DNA of 64,000 bases from positions 3,552,001-3,616,000 of the forward strand of contig CBDHHL010000032.1 in the NCBI GenBank assembly GCA_965263355.1, given 5' to 3'. Below the pieces are notes generated by a model. The model ran no database searches. It was given only the letters and a program-made list of their open reading frames with translations, and was not told the DNA's origin. The translations under genes and the position numbers were made by a program. The first letter of the stretch is position 1. Each line of letters opens with the position of its first letter. Below, one piece after another: positions 49,356-59,257 of this stretch. This stretch comes from Leptolyngbyaceae cyanobacterium (GTDB lineage Bacteria; Cyanobacteriota; Cyanobacteriia; Phormidesmidales; Phormidesmidaceae).

Positions 49356-50174
49356 TCAACGAGCCAATGAGTCACAAGCAGTTTGGGTTAGGTCAGCCAC
49401 TGTCGGCTCACTTAACTCTACGCCTTCCCCACCAGCTATCAGCCATAGCAAATATTCGATATTACCTGCTGGTCCTCGAATAGGTGACCAAGTCAATCCT
49501 TTGGCGTACCAGCCCAACTGTTGCGCAGCAACATACACCTGCCAGATAGCCTCTGCATGGTCTTTTGCATCTCTCACCACGCCCTTTTTACCAATTTTCT
49601 CTCTGCCTACTTCAAACTGAGGTTTGACCAACAAAACAGATTCTCTTACCCCCGTCATCAGGTTCCAAAATGCAGGGAGAACTTTCGAGAGAGAAATGAA
49701 TGAGACGTCCATTACTCCTAGATCAGGCCACTGGGTGTTTTCTTTGTATAACTCTTCTGGTGTCAGATGGCGCAAGTTGGTGCGTTCTCTCAAAATAACT
49801 CGTGGGTCCTGACGAATTTTCCAGGCTACCTGGCCATACCCTACATCGATGCCGTAGACCTGTTTCGCTCCGTTTTGCAGCAGGCAGTCGGTAAAGCCTC
49901 CAGTGGAGATGCCACCGTCAATACAAATGCGCCCTTCTACCTCTACCTCAAACTCAGCAATGGCCTTTGCTAGCTTTTCCCCACCCCGCGATACATAGGG
50001 AGATTTTTGTTTAAGGATGACGACTGCGCCTTCTTTAATCGGCGTCCCCGGCTTATCAATGACGGCATCATTCACCTTTACCTCGCCAGCTCGAATGCAT
50101 CGCTGGGCCTGCTGGCGAGATTCACATAGTCCCTGTTCTACCAGGTATATATCCAAGCGTTGTTTGGCCATCAC
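49356..50174 (-). CDS. tlyA: TlyA RNA 2'-O-methyltransferase
   Basis: S4 domain, YVSRGGEKL, STGGFTDCLLQ, DVSFISL, KPQFE, GNIEYL. Confidence 0.95.
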   Translation of the reverse strand: MMAKQRLDIYLVEQGLCESRQQAQRCIRAGEVKVNDAVIDKPGTPIKEGAVVILKQKSPYVSRGGEKLAKAIAEFEVEVEGRICIDGGISTGGFTDCLLQNGAKQVYGIDVGYGQVAWKIRQDPRVILRERTNLRHLTPEELYKENTQWPDLGVMDVSFISLSKVLPAFWNLMTGVRESVLLVKPQFEVGREKIGKKGVVRDAKDHAEAIWQVYVAAQQLGWYAKGLTWSPIRGPAGNIEYLLWLIAGGEGVELSEPTVADLTQTACDSLAR

Positions 50175-50240
50175 GGGTGGGTGGATTTAAGCATAGGCGG
50201 CAGTGCCTACCCTACCATTGGGCTCCCTACGCACCACTCA

Positions 50241-50296
50241 CGTTCGGCTAAGGCTTCGACGGTGAACCCAGCCGAACTACGCGCACGTTGAAGCCC
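50241..50296. mobile_element. Nested pair of very small palindromic repeat elements
   Basis: Outer GTTCGGCTA|CGCGCACGTTGAAGCC is interrupted by an inverted relative (reverse complement GTTCGGCTGGGTTCACCGTCGAAGCC). Confidence 0.55.
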
Positions 50297-50539
50297 ACTT
50301 ACCGTCCCAACTCAAATCTTTAAAGCTGACAGACTACTAGACAGTGCTGACAATTTGTCTTTAGATAGGAATGGGTAAAGAAATATTAAGTGTATTTGCT
50401 CATGAGCTGCTAACAGTTGATTGCTTATCTTACCCTGCTTCTGACCTGCTAAGAGGCTGTTGAGCGTATTAGCCCATGGGCTATTGGAGTGGACGTTGTT
50501 CTGCTCACGAAGGTTTGATTTTCAGCTGAAGGAGACCCC

Positions 50540-52042
50540 TTGAATACGCGTAATCTTAATTTCCAATCCCTAAATTGGCGTGCCATTAAGCGGGAATGGT
50601 TGCTTAACCCCAAGGATGACCTACTGGCTGGTGCCTTAGTGGGTCTGGCGTTGATTCCAGAAGCCATTTCTTTTTCTATCATTGCCGGGGTGGACCCAAA
50701 AGTGGGTCTGTATGCCTCGTTTATTATTGCGGTGATTACGGCCTTCCTGGGGGGGCGACCAGCCTCGATTTCGGCGGCTACCGGAGCCATGGCTCTGTTG
50801 ATGGTGGACTTGGTGAAAGAGCATGGGTTGGAGTACCTGCTAGCGGCCACCTTTTTGACCGGTATTTTTCAGGTGATATTTGGGGTGCTTAAGCTGGGCC
50901 GTCAAATGAAATTTGTCCCCCGAGCAGTGATGATTGGCTACATCAATGCCTTGGCGGTGCTGCTCTTTTTGGCGCAGTTGCCCCAGCTGACGAATGTGCC
51001 AACTATGGTCTACGTGCTTACCCTCGCATCCCTCGGGATTATCTATATTCTGCCTCGTTTTACAAAGGTGGTGCCGTCTCCATTGGTGGCTCTGGCGGTG
51101 ATGACGATTGCTGCGATCGCACTCCGTTTAGATGTCCCCACCGTCGGCGACATGGGTGAACTCCCCACCACCCCCCCGGTTTTTGCCCTGCCTCAGGTTC
51201 CCTTCACCCTAGATACCTTAGAGATTATCTTGCCCTACTCTCTCACCTTGGCAGTGGTGGGACTGCTAGCCTCTTTCTTGACCGCCTCCTTGGTGGATGA
51301 CTTTACCGACACCCCCAGCGATAAAAACCAAGAAGCCAAAGGGCAGGGGGTGGCTAATATAGTTACCGCTTTCTTTGGGGGCATGGCCGGATGTGGCATG
51401 ATCGGCCAGTCGGTGATTAATGTACAGTCCGGCGGTCGTGGTCGCTTATCTACCCTATCGGCAGGGGTATTTTTACTAATTGCCATTTTGTTTTTGCAAG
51501 ACTGGGTGCGACAGATGCCCATGGCGGCTCTGGTGGCCGTCATGATCATGGTGTCCATTGGTACCTTTCGCTGGTCGTCGTTTACTAATATGCGCCGAGT
51601 GCCCCGCAGTGAAGTAGTGGTGATGCTGGCGACCATGTTTGTGATTATTTTTACCCGCAACTTTGCCCTGGGGGTGGCGACAGGCATTGTAATGAGTACA
51701 GTATTTTTCTCCCGCAAAGTTGCCAAGCTGGTACTTGTGGATAAGGTGCTAAGCGAAGATGGTACCCACCGCATTTACAAGGTGTCTGGGCAAATTTTCT
51801 TTTTATCGCGGGATGAATTTTCGGCATCCTTTAACTTTACTGAACTGATCGAGCAGGTAACCATTGACCTCAGTCAGGCCCAATTGTGGGATCAGGGAGC
51901 TGTGGAGGTTCTAGATAAAACCTTGCAAAAGTTTCGTCGTAAGGGGGTAGAGGTAACTGTGGTGGGTCTGAATGAAGCAACTGCCACGCTTCTAAACCGT
52001 CTGGCTACGGAAGAGCAGCTCGTCACCAGCGGTAAATCCTAG
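50540..52042 (+). CDS. SulP-family anion transporter with STAS domain
   Basis: ALIPEAISFS, GLYAS, ISAATGA, GCGMIGQS; TTG start with a GGAG RBS. Confidence 0.95.
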   Translation: MNTRNLNFQSLNWRAIKREWLLNPKDDLLAGALVGLALIPEAISFSIIAGVDPKVGLYASFIIAVITAFLGGRPASISAATGAMALLMVDLVKEHGLEYLLAATFLTGIFQVIFGVLKLGRQMKFVPRAVMIGYINALAVLLFLAQLPQLTNVPTMVYVLTLASLGIIYILPRFTKVVPSPLVALAVMTIAAIALRLDVPTVGDMGELPTTPPVFALPQVPFTLDTLEIILPYSLTLAVVGLLASFLTASLVDDFTDTPSDKNQEAKGQGVANIVTAFFGGMAGCGMIGQSVINVQSGGRGRLSTLSAGVFLLIAILFLQDWVRQMPMAALVAVMIMVSIGTFRWSSFTNMRRVPRSEVVVMLATMFVIIFTRNFALGVATGIVMSTVFFSRKVAKLVLVDKVLSEDGTHRIYKVSGQIFFLSRDEFSASFNFTELIEQVTIDLSQAQLWDQGAVEVLDKTLQKFRRKGVEVTVVGLNEATATLLNRLATEEQLVTSGKS

Positions 52043-52218
52043 TACGCTATCAAGGCTCAAACTGGAAACCGTATTAGATGCTGATGATGATTGAAGGGCT
52101 AAAATTAAGTTTCTCCCCACGCTTTCGGCCCTAATGTAAGTTTCAAAGCTCTATGCTCTTGCTGCCTCCACGATCTCCTAGATTGCTTTCTTAAAGGAAA
52201 AAGGATAGAACCTAACGC

Positions 52219-53079
52219 ATGAAAACGATTCTTCTGTGCTCCGATGGCTCTGCCTTTGCAGACGGCATTTATCGATACGGTGCCTGGTTTGCCCGTAAAT
52301 TTCACACCCAGGCTAAGGTGCTATTTGTCACCGATATTCGCAGCCAAAAGGTCGTTTCTACCGGCAATTTTAGCGGCAGTATTGGCCTGGGGGCTTCGGA
52401 GCAACTGTTAGACGATTTAGTCAATCTAGAGCATGAAAGAGCCAAACTCAATAACCAGCGAGCAAGGCTCATTTTGCAAAATGCCGATGAGGTCCTGAAG
52501 GCTGAAGGGCTCAGTGAAGTGGAGTTGATTAACAAAACGGGTTTTTTAGTGGACTGCTTCCATGACTTTGAGGCTGAAGCCGATATGGTGGTGTTGGGTA
52601 AGCGGGGTGAAGCCGCAGAATTTGCCTCAGGCCACCTAGGGGCAAACATTGAACGCATTGTGCGCAGTAGCACCAAGCCCTGCCTGGTTACCCCTAAAAC
52701 CTTTAAGCCGGTTGAGCGTTTGCTGGTGGCCTACGACGGTAGCCCCACAGGCAAGCGGGTGTTGAGCTTTCTAGTGGACAGTGCTGCAGGATTTAAGGAT
52801 ATTGACATTCATCTGCTGATGGTGGCTAAGTCGGATGCCAGTCAACCTCAGGAACTAACGGAAGCAGAGCAAACCCTTCAACAGGCTGGACTTAATCCAA
52901 CTATAAACCTGCGTAGTGGCGATCCTGAGAAGATAATTGCTGACTACATCGAGCAAAATCTCATAGGTTTGTTAATGATGGGGGCCTATGGCCATAGTCG
53001 TATTCGCCACCTTGTTATTGGCAGCACTACTGTTCAGTTGTTGAGAAGTGTTCAGGTGCCGGTGTTGTTATTCCGTTAG
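52219..53079 (+). CDS. Tandem universal stress protein
   Basis: ILLCSDGS, LLVAYDGS, MGAYGHSRIRHLVIGSTT. Confidence 0.95.
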   Translation: MKTILLCSDGSAFADGIYRYGAWFARKFHTQAKVLFVTDIRSQKVVSTGNFSGSIGLGASEQLLDDLVNLEHERAKLNNQRARLILQNADEVLKAEGLSEVELINKTGFLVDCFHDFEAEADMVVLGKRGEAAEFASGHLGANIERIVRSSTKPCLVTPKTFKPVERLLVAYDGSPTGKRVLSFLVDSAAGFKDIDIHLLMVAKSDASQPQELTEAEQTLQQAGLNPTINLRSGDPEKIIADYIEQNLIGLLMMGAYGHSRIRHLVIGSTTVQLLRSVQVPVLLFR

Positions 53080-53156
53080 GTGTCGTCGGTGTCAACAATT
53101 GAATATTTCTGTATGGGAAACTGTGGGCCTGGATGCTCAACAATGCTGTTTAAAGA

Positions 53157-54116
53157 ATGCTGAGATACGTTTGCCGCCGTTTATTGATTGCCATTCCAAC
53201 ATTATTAGCTATCAGTGTGGTGATTTTTGTGTTGCTTGCGATCTCACCCACCAACCCCCTTGGGGAACTGGCAACCAACCCATCGATCACACCGGAGGTG
53301 CAAGAAAACCTGCGGCGGTCCCTGGGGCTGGATGACCCCATAATTATTCGCTATTTCAAATGGCTGTGGGCATTAATGCAGGGGAATTTTGGCTATTCTT
53401 TTGGCAGTCGGAGTCCTGTGAGTGAACTGATTTTGCAGCGGTTGCCGGCCACCCTATGGGTGATTGGTTCTGGTTATTTGCTGAGTGTGCTGTTGGCGCT
53501 GCCCCTGGGTGCGCTCTCTGCAATTAAAAAGGGCACTGTGGTGGATTGGCTGATTTCTACCCTGGCCTTTATCGGTTTTTCGTTACCAACCTTTTTTACC
53601 GGTCTATTACTGATTTTGATTTTTAGCGTTCATCTAGGCTGGTTGCCCTTTATCTACAGCAGCACCCTGGTGGTGACAGACTGGTCTAGTGTTTGGGAAT
53701 TGGTGCGACAATCGGTTTTGCCTGTGATGGTTCTGGCCCTGTTTCAAACGGCAATCTTAATGCGGTTTGTGCGCACTGCCATCGCTGAAGAATTGCCCCA
53801 GAACTATGTGCGCACTGCCCGTGCTAAGGGCTTGTCGCGATCGCGCATTCTGGGAGTACATATTTTGCGCAATGCCTCTATTCCTGTGGTGACGCTGTTA
53901 GCTCTTGATATTCCTAGCCTGTTTACCGGATCTCTGGTGCTCGAACAAGTGTTTCGTATTCCAGGGATGGGAGCGCTCCTAATCGATTCGATTAACCGCA
54001 GCGATACGCCAGTCGTGATGGCGGTTTCGTTTATCTATGCTGTTTTAGTCGTCATCTTCAATCTTGTTGCCGATGTACTATACGGCTGGTTGGACCCTAG
54101 AGTCAGATTGGGATAG
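53157..54116 (+). CDS. Peptide/nickel ABC permease (DppB/OppB-like)
   Basis: LGLDDP, YVRTARAKGL, H.LRNA.IP, DPRVR. Confidence 0.95.
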   Translation: MLRYVCRRLLIAIPTLLAISVVIFVLLAISPTNPLGELATNPSITPEVQENLRRSLGLDDPIIIRYFKWLWALMQGNFGYSFGSRSPVSELILQRLPATLWVIGSGYLLSVLLALPLGALSAIKKGTVVDWLISTLAFIGFSLPTFFTGLLLILIFSVHLGWLPFIYSSTLVVTDWSSVWELVRQSVLPVMVLALFQTAILMRFVRTAIAEELPQNYVRTARAKGLSRSRILGVHILRNASIPVVTLLALDIPSLFTGSLVLEQVFRIPGMGALLIDSINRSDTPVVMAVSFIYAVLVVIFNLVADVLYGWLDPRVRLG

Positions 54117-54128
54117 CCCCCCTTCCGA

Positions 54129-54935
54129 CTACCAAATACGCGGACTAAAGTCAGATGTATTACTAATTTCTACGCTGTCACCAGATTGTTGAATGACATA
54201 CAGTCCCTGATTATGGGCATAGGTATCCACATCTTTATCAATTTCAATGGCGGCGACTGCCCCATAGAGGCGATAGCTAGCGTAGTGGGGAAAGGCAGCC
54301 TTAAATTGCTCTAAACAGCTAAGTACCTGACGAACACTATCTTGGGTGAGGCGAGACTTGACTTCGATAACAACAGCCACATCGTCATTTACAACCAAAA
54401 TATCAATTTCTAAATTACGTTTTCCTCGGGCAGACCGCACCCGCTGATACACCTCCTGCACCGCCATGCCCTGTGCTTGAAACAGTCGTAACGCTGCCGG
54501 AGCTACCAAATTTTCAACAAATCGTCCCCAGCGGCTACCCAGATTATTGACGGTTTGACTTGCCTGGGCCGCTATAGCCTCTGCCTTGGCAAGACGTTTT
54601 TCTGACTCAGCCGCCCGTCGATCAAATTCGGCCCTGGACTCAGCCATACTTTGCTCAAATCTAGCCCTGGACTCAGCTATGCTTTTCTCAAGATCAGCTT
54701 TTGATTGAGCGGCCCGTTTATCGGCTTCGGCGGCTCGTTTATCGGCTTCGGCAAACCGACGGTCTGCTTCGGCCCTGGATTTGGCCATGCTTTGTTCAAA
54801 ATCTGCTTTGGATTGTGCAGCTCGTTGCTCAAATTCAGCAGCACGCCGATCCGCTTCGGCAAACCGACGGTCTGCTTCGGCTTGGGAGCGTTCAAATAGG
54901 GCGTAGATATCTGCAAGCGTAACGGACTCGGACAT
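54129..54935 (-). CDS. Repeat coiled-coil protein with C-terminal PD-(D/E)XK nuclease-like domain (DUF3782-like)
   Basis: AEADRR repeats, then WGRFVE, EIDIL, VIEVKS. Confidence 0.85.
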   Translation of the reverse strand: MSESVTLADIYALFERSQAEADRRFAEADRRAAEFEQRAAQSKADFEQSMAKSRAEADRRFAEADKRAAEADKRAAQSKADLEKSIAESRARFEQSMAESRAEFDRRAAESEKRLAKAEAIAAQASQTVNNLGSRWGRFVENLVAPAALRLFQAQGMAVQEVYQRVRSARGKRNLEIDILVVNDDVAVVIEVKSRLTQDSVRQVLSCLEQFKAAFPHYASYRLYGAVAAIEIDKDVDTYAHNQGLYVIQQSGDSVEISNTSDFSPRIW

Positions 54936-55287
54936 TGACTAAGTCAGTTGATAGAAATGGCCACTTCTAATTTTAGCTTGAGGCATTGGATGATAAAGGG
55001 CAGTTCACATCCTAATCTAAAAAACAGCGCTTTTATAGATAAACGTTTTCAGGCTGGTGAGAAACCTGGTTGAGAATTGTAATTCTGCTTTAGCCATTTG
55101 AGTTCTTCATCAATTTCTAAATCAGTGACCCTACGTGTTAGGCACTAATATGGACGTTTGCTGTGTCAATTAATCTGGGTGACTAAAGCTGTGACATGAG
55201 CCCTTGTGCAGCTAATGGCCTTTTATAGCCAAGCCAATATCCTCTATATATGAAGCATCACCATCCCTGCTAGATTAAAGCCACCCT

Positions 55288-56133
55288 ATGTCTCAGTATC
55301 GCCAGCTATCACCGACAACTATATTTGGTATCGTTACGCTTGCCCTGATTGTTCTGGCAATTTTTATCGGTCCCTGGCTTTATCTTCAGTCGGCAGAGGC
55401 TATCGATTTTGCCCTGGCCAGCCAGCCGCCGAGTTTAGCCCATCCCTTTGGGACCAATACCTTGGGCCAAGATCAGTTGGCGCGGGTGATGTTAGGGGGG
55501 CAAGTGTCCCTGACGGTCGGTCTGACGGCGATGGCGATGGCCGTGAGTTTGGGGACCGTGATCGGCGCGATCTCAGGTTTCTATGGCGGTTTGATGGGTG
55601 TATTGCTGATGCGTTTTACCGATCTATTTTTGTCTTTACCCCAGCTGCCCCTGTCTCTGCTCGTGATTTATCTATTTGGCGATGCGGCCCGGTCAGCATT
55701 AGGGCCTCAGAATGGCATCTTTGCCCTTGTAGTGCTGGTAATTGGTGGATTTAACTGGATGTCAGTGGCACGGTTGGTGCGGGCCGGATTCTTGGCAACT
55801 CGAGATCGCACCTTTATGCAAGCTGTCCAAGCGTTGGGAGCCAAACCACGCCGGTTAATTTGGCATCATTTGCTACCCAATGTGTTAGGTCCAGTGATTG
55901 TGGCAGCCACCCTGGCGGTTGGGAATGCTGTGCTAACGGAAGCCACCCTGAGCTTTTTGGGCTTAGGCTTTCCCCCCGATGTGCCTACCTGGGGACGCAT
56001 GCTTTATACTGCTCAGGACTATTTGGATAGTGCTCCCCATATGGCCATTTTCCCAGGGGCTGCTATTTTTCTCACAGTTTTGAGTATTAATTTTATTGGG
56101 GATGGTCTCCGAGATAAACTTGATTCGAATTAA
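55288..56133 (+). CDS. Peptide/nickel ABC permease (DppC/OppC-like)
   Basis: HPFGT..LGQD, HLLPN, EATLSFLGLG, GDGLRD. Confidence 0.95.
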   Translation: MSQYRQLSPTTIFGIVTLALIVLAIFIGPWLYLQSAEAIDFALASQPPSLAHPFGTNTLGQDQLARVMLGGQVSLTVGLTAMAMAVSLGTVIGAISGFYGGLMGVLLMRFTDLFLSLPQLPLSLLVIYLFGDAARSALGPQNGIFALVVLVIGGFNWMSVARLVRAGFLATRDRTFMQAVQALGAKPRRLIWHHLLPNVLGPVIVAATLAVGNAVLTEATLSFLGLGFPPDVPTWGRMLYTAQDYLDSAPHMAIFPGAAIFLTVLSINFIGDGLRDKLDSN

Positions 56134-56664
56134 GTTTAAGTCATATTTTTTGTCCGGACTTTTTAGGCTAAATTCTCCTAAGTATCAACAATTTCTAAGG
56201 TAATTTACGGAGGTTCAACAAATTTTCTGACCTGTAATTCTTCGGTATTTAGCGGTATTTAGCGTTACTGCAACAATATTGGTAATAGCTATCGCAAAGC
56301 CTTACGTTAGAATGACAACAATTCTCCGGGTAACTGATAACAATCGATGTAGAACATTTATAGCAACCTTGAGTTAATAACAACTTGTTAGCTCAATTGC
56401 TGAAGGGATTTCTGCCAGATCGTCGGAGCTTTTATGTTTGGTTGATACAATAGACCTTGGCGTGAGTGCTCTAACCATTGCCGTATCATGTATTAGCATG
56501 GCCAAACCTATATTCGAGTTGAAGCTGTTTGCTTCTTCTCGGTCAAACCTAAAGCTTGGCGCATATAGTTGACTCTATCCATTGGTACGCCGATAACGCA
56601 GTCCAAGTTAGGCTGTTGTTTACGCAGCAATATCAAGGGATATGCTCAGGTTCTTTTCTACTCT

Positions 56665-56706
56665 AAAAAGCCCATATTTAGCTCTAACGGGGGCTAAATA
56701 TGGGCT
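56665..56706 (-). terminator. Rho-independent terminator of aspC
   Basis: AGCCCATATTTAGC...GCTAAATATGGGCT followed by a T-run on the minus strand. Confidence 0.8.
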
Positions 56707-56732
56707 AAACCGTATCAGTAGGTGTTCAGCTA

Positions 56733-57905
56733 TTAAGCTATCTGTTGTACAAAATCGTTGAGGCGCTCCATACCCTTCTCAATGGTAGCCATATCAGTGG
56801 CGTAGGAGACGCGAATACCGCTATCGGCCCCAAAGGCGATGCCTGGAACAGCGGCGACATATTTTTCATTGAGCAATCGGGTGCAAAAGTCTAGGGACTT
56901 TAAACCTGTTTTACTAATATTGACAAACAGGTAAAACGCTCCTTCTGGCGGTAAACAGCTGAGGCCAGGGATTGCATTGATTAGATTGACCATGGCTGTA
57001 CGCCGTTTGGCAAATGCTTGGCGCATGGTTTCGACACAATCTTGGGACGATTCCAGAGCTGCGATCGCACCATACTGGGCAAAGGTACACACATTAGACG
57101 TGCTCTGGCTTTGTAAGGTGTTGGCCGCCTTAATCAGTTCAACTGGTCCAGCCAAATACCCTAATCTCCAGCCAGTCATGGCGTACGCTTTAGCAAATCC
57201 ATTACTGACAATGGTCCGCTCAAACATCGCGTCACTAACCGCACCAATGCTGAGGTGTTGGGCCCCATTGTATAAAATTTTCTCGTAAATCTCGTCGGCA
57301 ACGACCCAGATATCATTGGCTACAACCACCTTGGCTAAGGCCTGAACTTCGTCTGGCGTGTAGACCATACCAGTGGGGTTAGAGGGAGAATTAAAAATGA
57401 GAAATTTGGTTTTGGGCGTAATCGCCTGTCTTAGTTGCTCAGGCGTAATCTTATAGCTACTTTCTGCGGTCGTCGGTACAATCACTGGCTTACCACCAGC
57501 GAGCTTAACCATTTCTGGGTAGCTCACCCAGTAAGGTGCTGGTATCAGCACTTCATCCCCCGGTTCAAGGGTGATCATCATTAGGGCATAGAGGGAATGC
57601 TTGCCGCCGTTAGTAACGATGATGTTCTCAGGGTTGTAGGGTAAACGATTGTCAGTGCGTAGCTTTGTTGCGATCGCGGTCCTCAATTGAGGTTCCCCTG
57701 CAGCTGGTCCATACCGGGTTTTACCATCGTCAAGAGCCTGTTTAGCCGCGGCACGAATATGGTCTGGAGTATCAAAATCAGGCTCGCCAGCACTGAAACC
57801 GCAAACATCTAGTCCTTCAGCCTTCATGGCCTTGGCCTTAGCCGAAATTGCCAAGGTCATTGAAGGTGTTACTTGCTGCACTCTAGCAGCTAATTTGATA
57901 CTCAT
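56733..57905 (-). CDS. aspC: PLP-dependent class I (aspartate) aminotransferase
   Basis: [35 protein letters not shown]. Confidence 0.9.
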   Translation of the reverse strand: MSIKLAARVQQVTPSMTLAISAKAKAMKAEGLDVCGFSAGEPDFDTPDHIRAAAKQALDDGKTRYGPAAGEPQLRTAIATKLRTDNRLPYNPENIIVTNGGKHSLYALMMITLEPGDEVLIPAPYWVSYPEMVKLAGGKPVIVPTTAESSYKITPEQLRQAITPKTKFLIFNSPSNPTGMVYTPDEVQALAKVVVANDIWVVADEIYEKILYNGAQHLSIGAVSDAMFERTIVSNGFAKAYAMTGWRLGYLAGPVELIKAANTLQSQSTSNVCTFAQYGAIAALESSQDCVETMRQAFAKRRTAMVNLINAIPGLSCLPPEGAFYLFVNISKTGLKSLDFCTRLLNEKYVAAVPGIAFGADSGIRVSYATDMATIEKGMERLNDFVQQIA

Positions 57906-58021
57906 TAGAACGCTGTTGGCCTCCGGCTCAAAACCCTATTCTGATTAGCTTAGATCGATTTGTGATGGAGATCGCAAATCTTTATGATTTGCTTGAATCA
58001 TGCTCTGTCGCTGTACCAGCC

Positions 58022-58051
58022 AAAAAAAACTCCCCTGTGTTATCAGAGGAG
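58022..58051 (-). terminator. Orphan Rho-independent terminator
   Basis: Minus strand CTCCTCTG-ataaca-CAGGGGAG-TTTTTTTT, about 430 nt from the nearest upstream stop. Confidence 0.8.
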
Positions 58052-58140
58052 CTTGTGTTCTTGATCTGTGTGAAGGAAACGGTGTGAGGAGAGTTTGTCA
58101 TGGGCAATGCCCAGGCAAGATCCCAATGTAAGGAGCACAG
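58022..58140 (-). ncRNA. Candidate Yfr1-like small RNA (5' end uncertain)
   Basis: Hairpin TGGGCA-T-TGCCCA, then single-stranded CTCCTCACAC, then the terminator. Confidence 0.5.
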
Positions 58141-58255
58141 CTCGTACGGCAAATTGGCTGTAATAACTGTGATGATGCTTTTCAGGAACTCCAATGTTTG
58201 GATTACATCCAACTATCGGATTGATTTAATCATCTCCCAGATAGAGTGGCCTTGA

Positions 58256-58359
58256 TGTGATTTCAGGGTGCAAAAATTGTGATATCCCAGTCTGTTATCG
58301 GTGATATCAGGGAGAGTTATCGGTGATACTGATTGTGTGGGTGTGTGAGCGATATCACT
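58256..58359. promoter_or_regulatory. Array of five 22-bp-phased CRP-type half-sites ending in a near-perfect CRP box
   Basis: GTGA starts at 58257, 58279, 58301, 58323 and 58345; the last unit is TGTGA-gcgata-TCACT. Confidence 0.6.
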
Positions 58360-58483
58360 GAGAAATAATTCCTATTAAGAATGTTGTATCAGTGGTGCTG
58401 CGGTTGCGGATTCATCAAAATGAGGCATATCAAATCGCATTGCTATGCCATTGAGCGCTATTCAATCAGTACAGTAGTTGGCC

Positions 58484-59257
58484 CTAAACCAATAACCAAA
58501 TGGCCAATCCCCAAAACGGAATAAACCGTAATGCTCGACGTTGCTCTTCTGCAGGAATAATGGCCCCCATCAGCCAAATCTGAAACACCCAGAACAATGT
58601 GATATCAACGGTGAATGCCAGGGTGACCCGATTATAGAGAATTTGCTGACCTAGATCCCTAAAGCGACTTAACACCCCGCCCAACTCAGGCCTATTAAAG
58701 CAAAACCAGATAACTGCCAAATTCCCAACGGTCAGACCTAACGCGCCAAAGCAGCGAGCCAGTATACCTTTGCTGGCTACGCGAGGAGCATACACAGGCT
58801 GCCTCAGTCGCAGTGCCATATAAGGCATTAAAAAAACATTGGTGAGCAACATTGCCAGTCCCCAAAGCATCAGTTTGGGTAGACCCTGACTACGCTCATC
58901 GATGAGCATCAGGGGTAAAAACATAAAAATCCAGGCTTCTGCCAGATTAAAAAAGCCTTGGGCAGCGGGATTAACCATGGGGGCTTGCATGTAGCTAAAC
59001 CCCAAAACGTTTAACAAGGGCAGAATAAAAAAGAAATTGAGAGATTCATTGAGAATCTCCCGGATAGTGTCGGGTTGGATGGCCCATATGGGTTCCCCTG
59101 GTAACCAACCAAGTGGTGACAGTAGTAGTAGGCCAATATAAACGATGGTTGCTGTCCACAACAAAGCAAACAGACTGTTCTGGCCTTGTCTAGTTGCGCA
59201 TAACGAAGATTCAGACGGTGTTGGTGAAGGGGGGATAGGCGGGACTGACTTACTCAT
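58484..59257 (-). CDS. Conserved multi-TM membrane protein
   Basis: PGEPIWAI, ESLNFFFILP, TNVFLMPYMALR, RFIPFWGL; ATG at 59257 overlaps the upstream TGA. Confidence 0.8.
   Translation of the reverse strand: MSKSVPPIPPSPTPSESSLCATRQGQNSLFALLWTATIVYIGLLLLSPLGWLPGEPIWAIQPDTIREILNESLNFFFILPLLNVLGFSYMQAPMVNPAAQGFFNLAEAWIFMFLPLMLIDERSQGLPKLMLWGLAMLLTNVFLMPYMALRLRQPVYAPRVASKGILARCFGALGLTVGNLAVIWFCFNRPELGGVLSRFRDLGQQILYNRVTLAFTVDITLFWVFQIWLMGAIIPAEEQRRALRFIPFWGLAIWLLV

Noticed and set aside
50449..52676. Long antisense ORFs over SulP/USP (and similar ones over other genes)
   Set aside because: Reverse-frame shadows of well-supported genes.
56134..56660. Possible small gene or RNA in the dppC-aspC gap
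   Set aside because: Only short ORFs without recognisable motifs, and no orphan terminator.
57982..58212. 76-aa minus-strand ORF
   Set aside because: TTG start, no recognisable domain, and it runs through a strong terminator.
58256..58359. 22-bp periodic array read as a CRISPR array or as iterons
   Set aside because: Only 4-6 nt per unit are conserved, there is no repeat-spacer structure, and no cas or rep gene is nearby.
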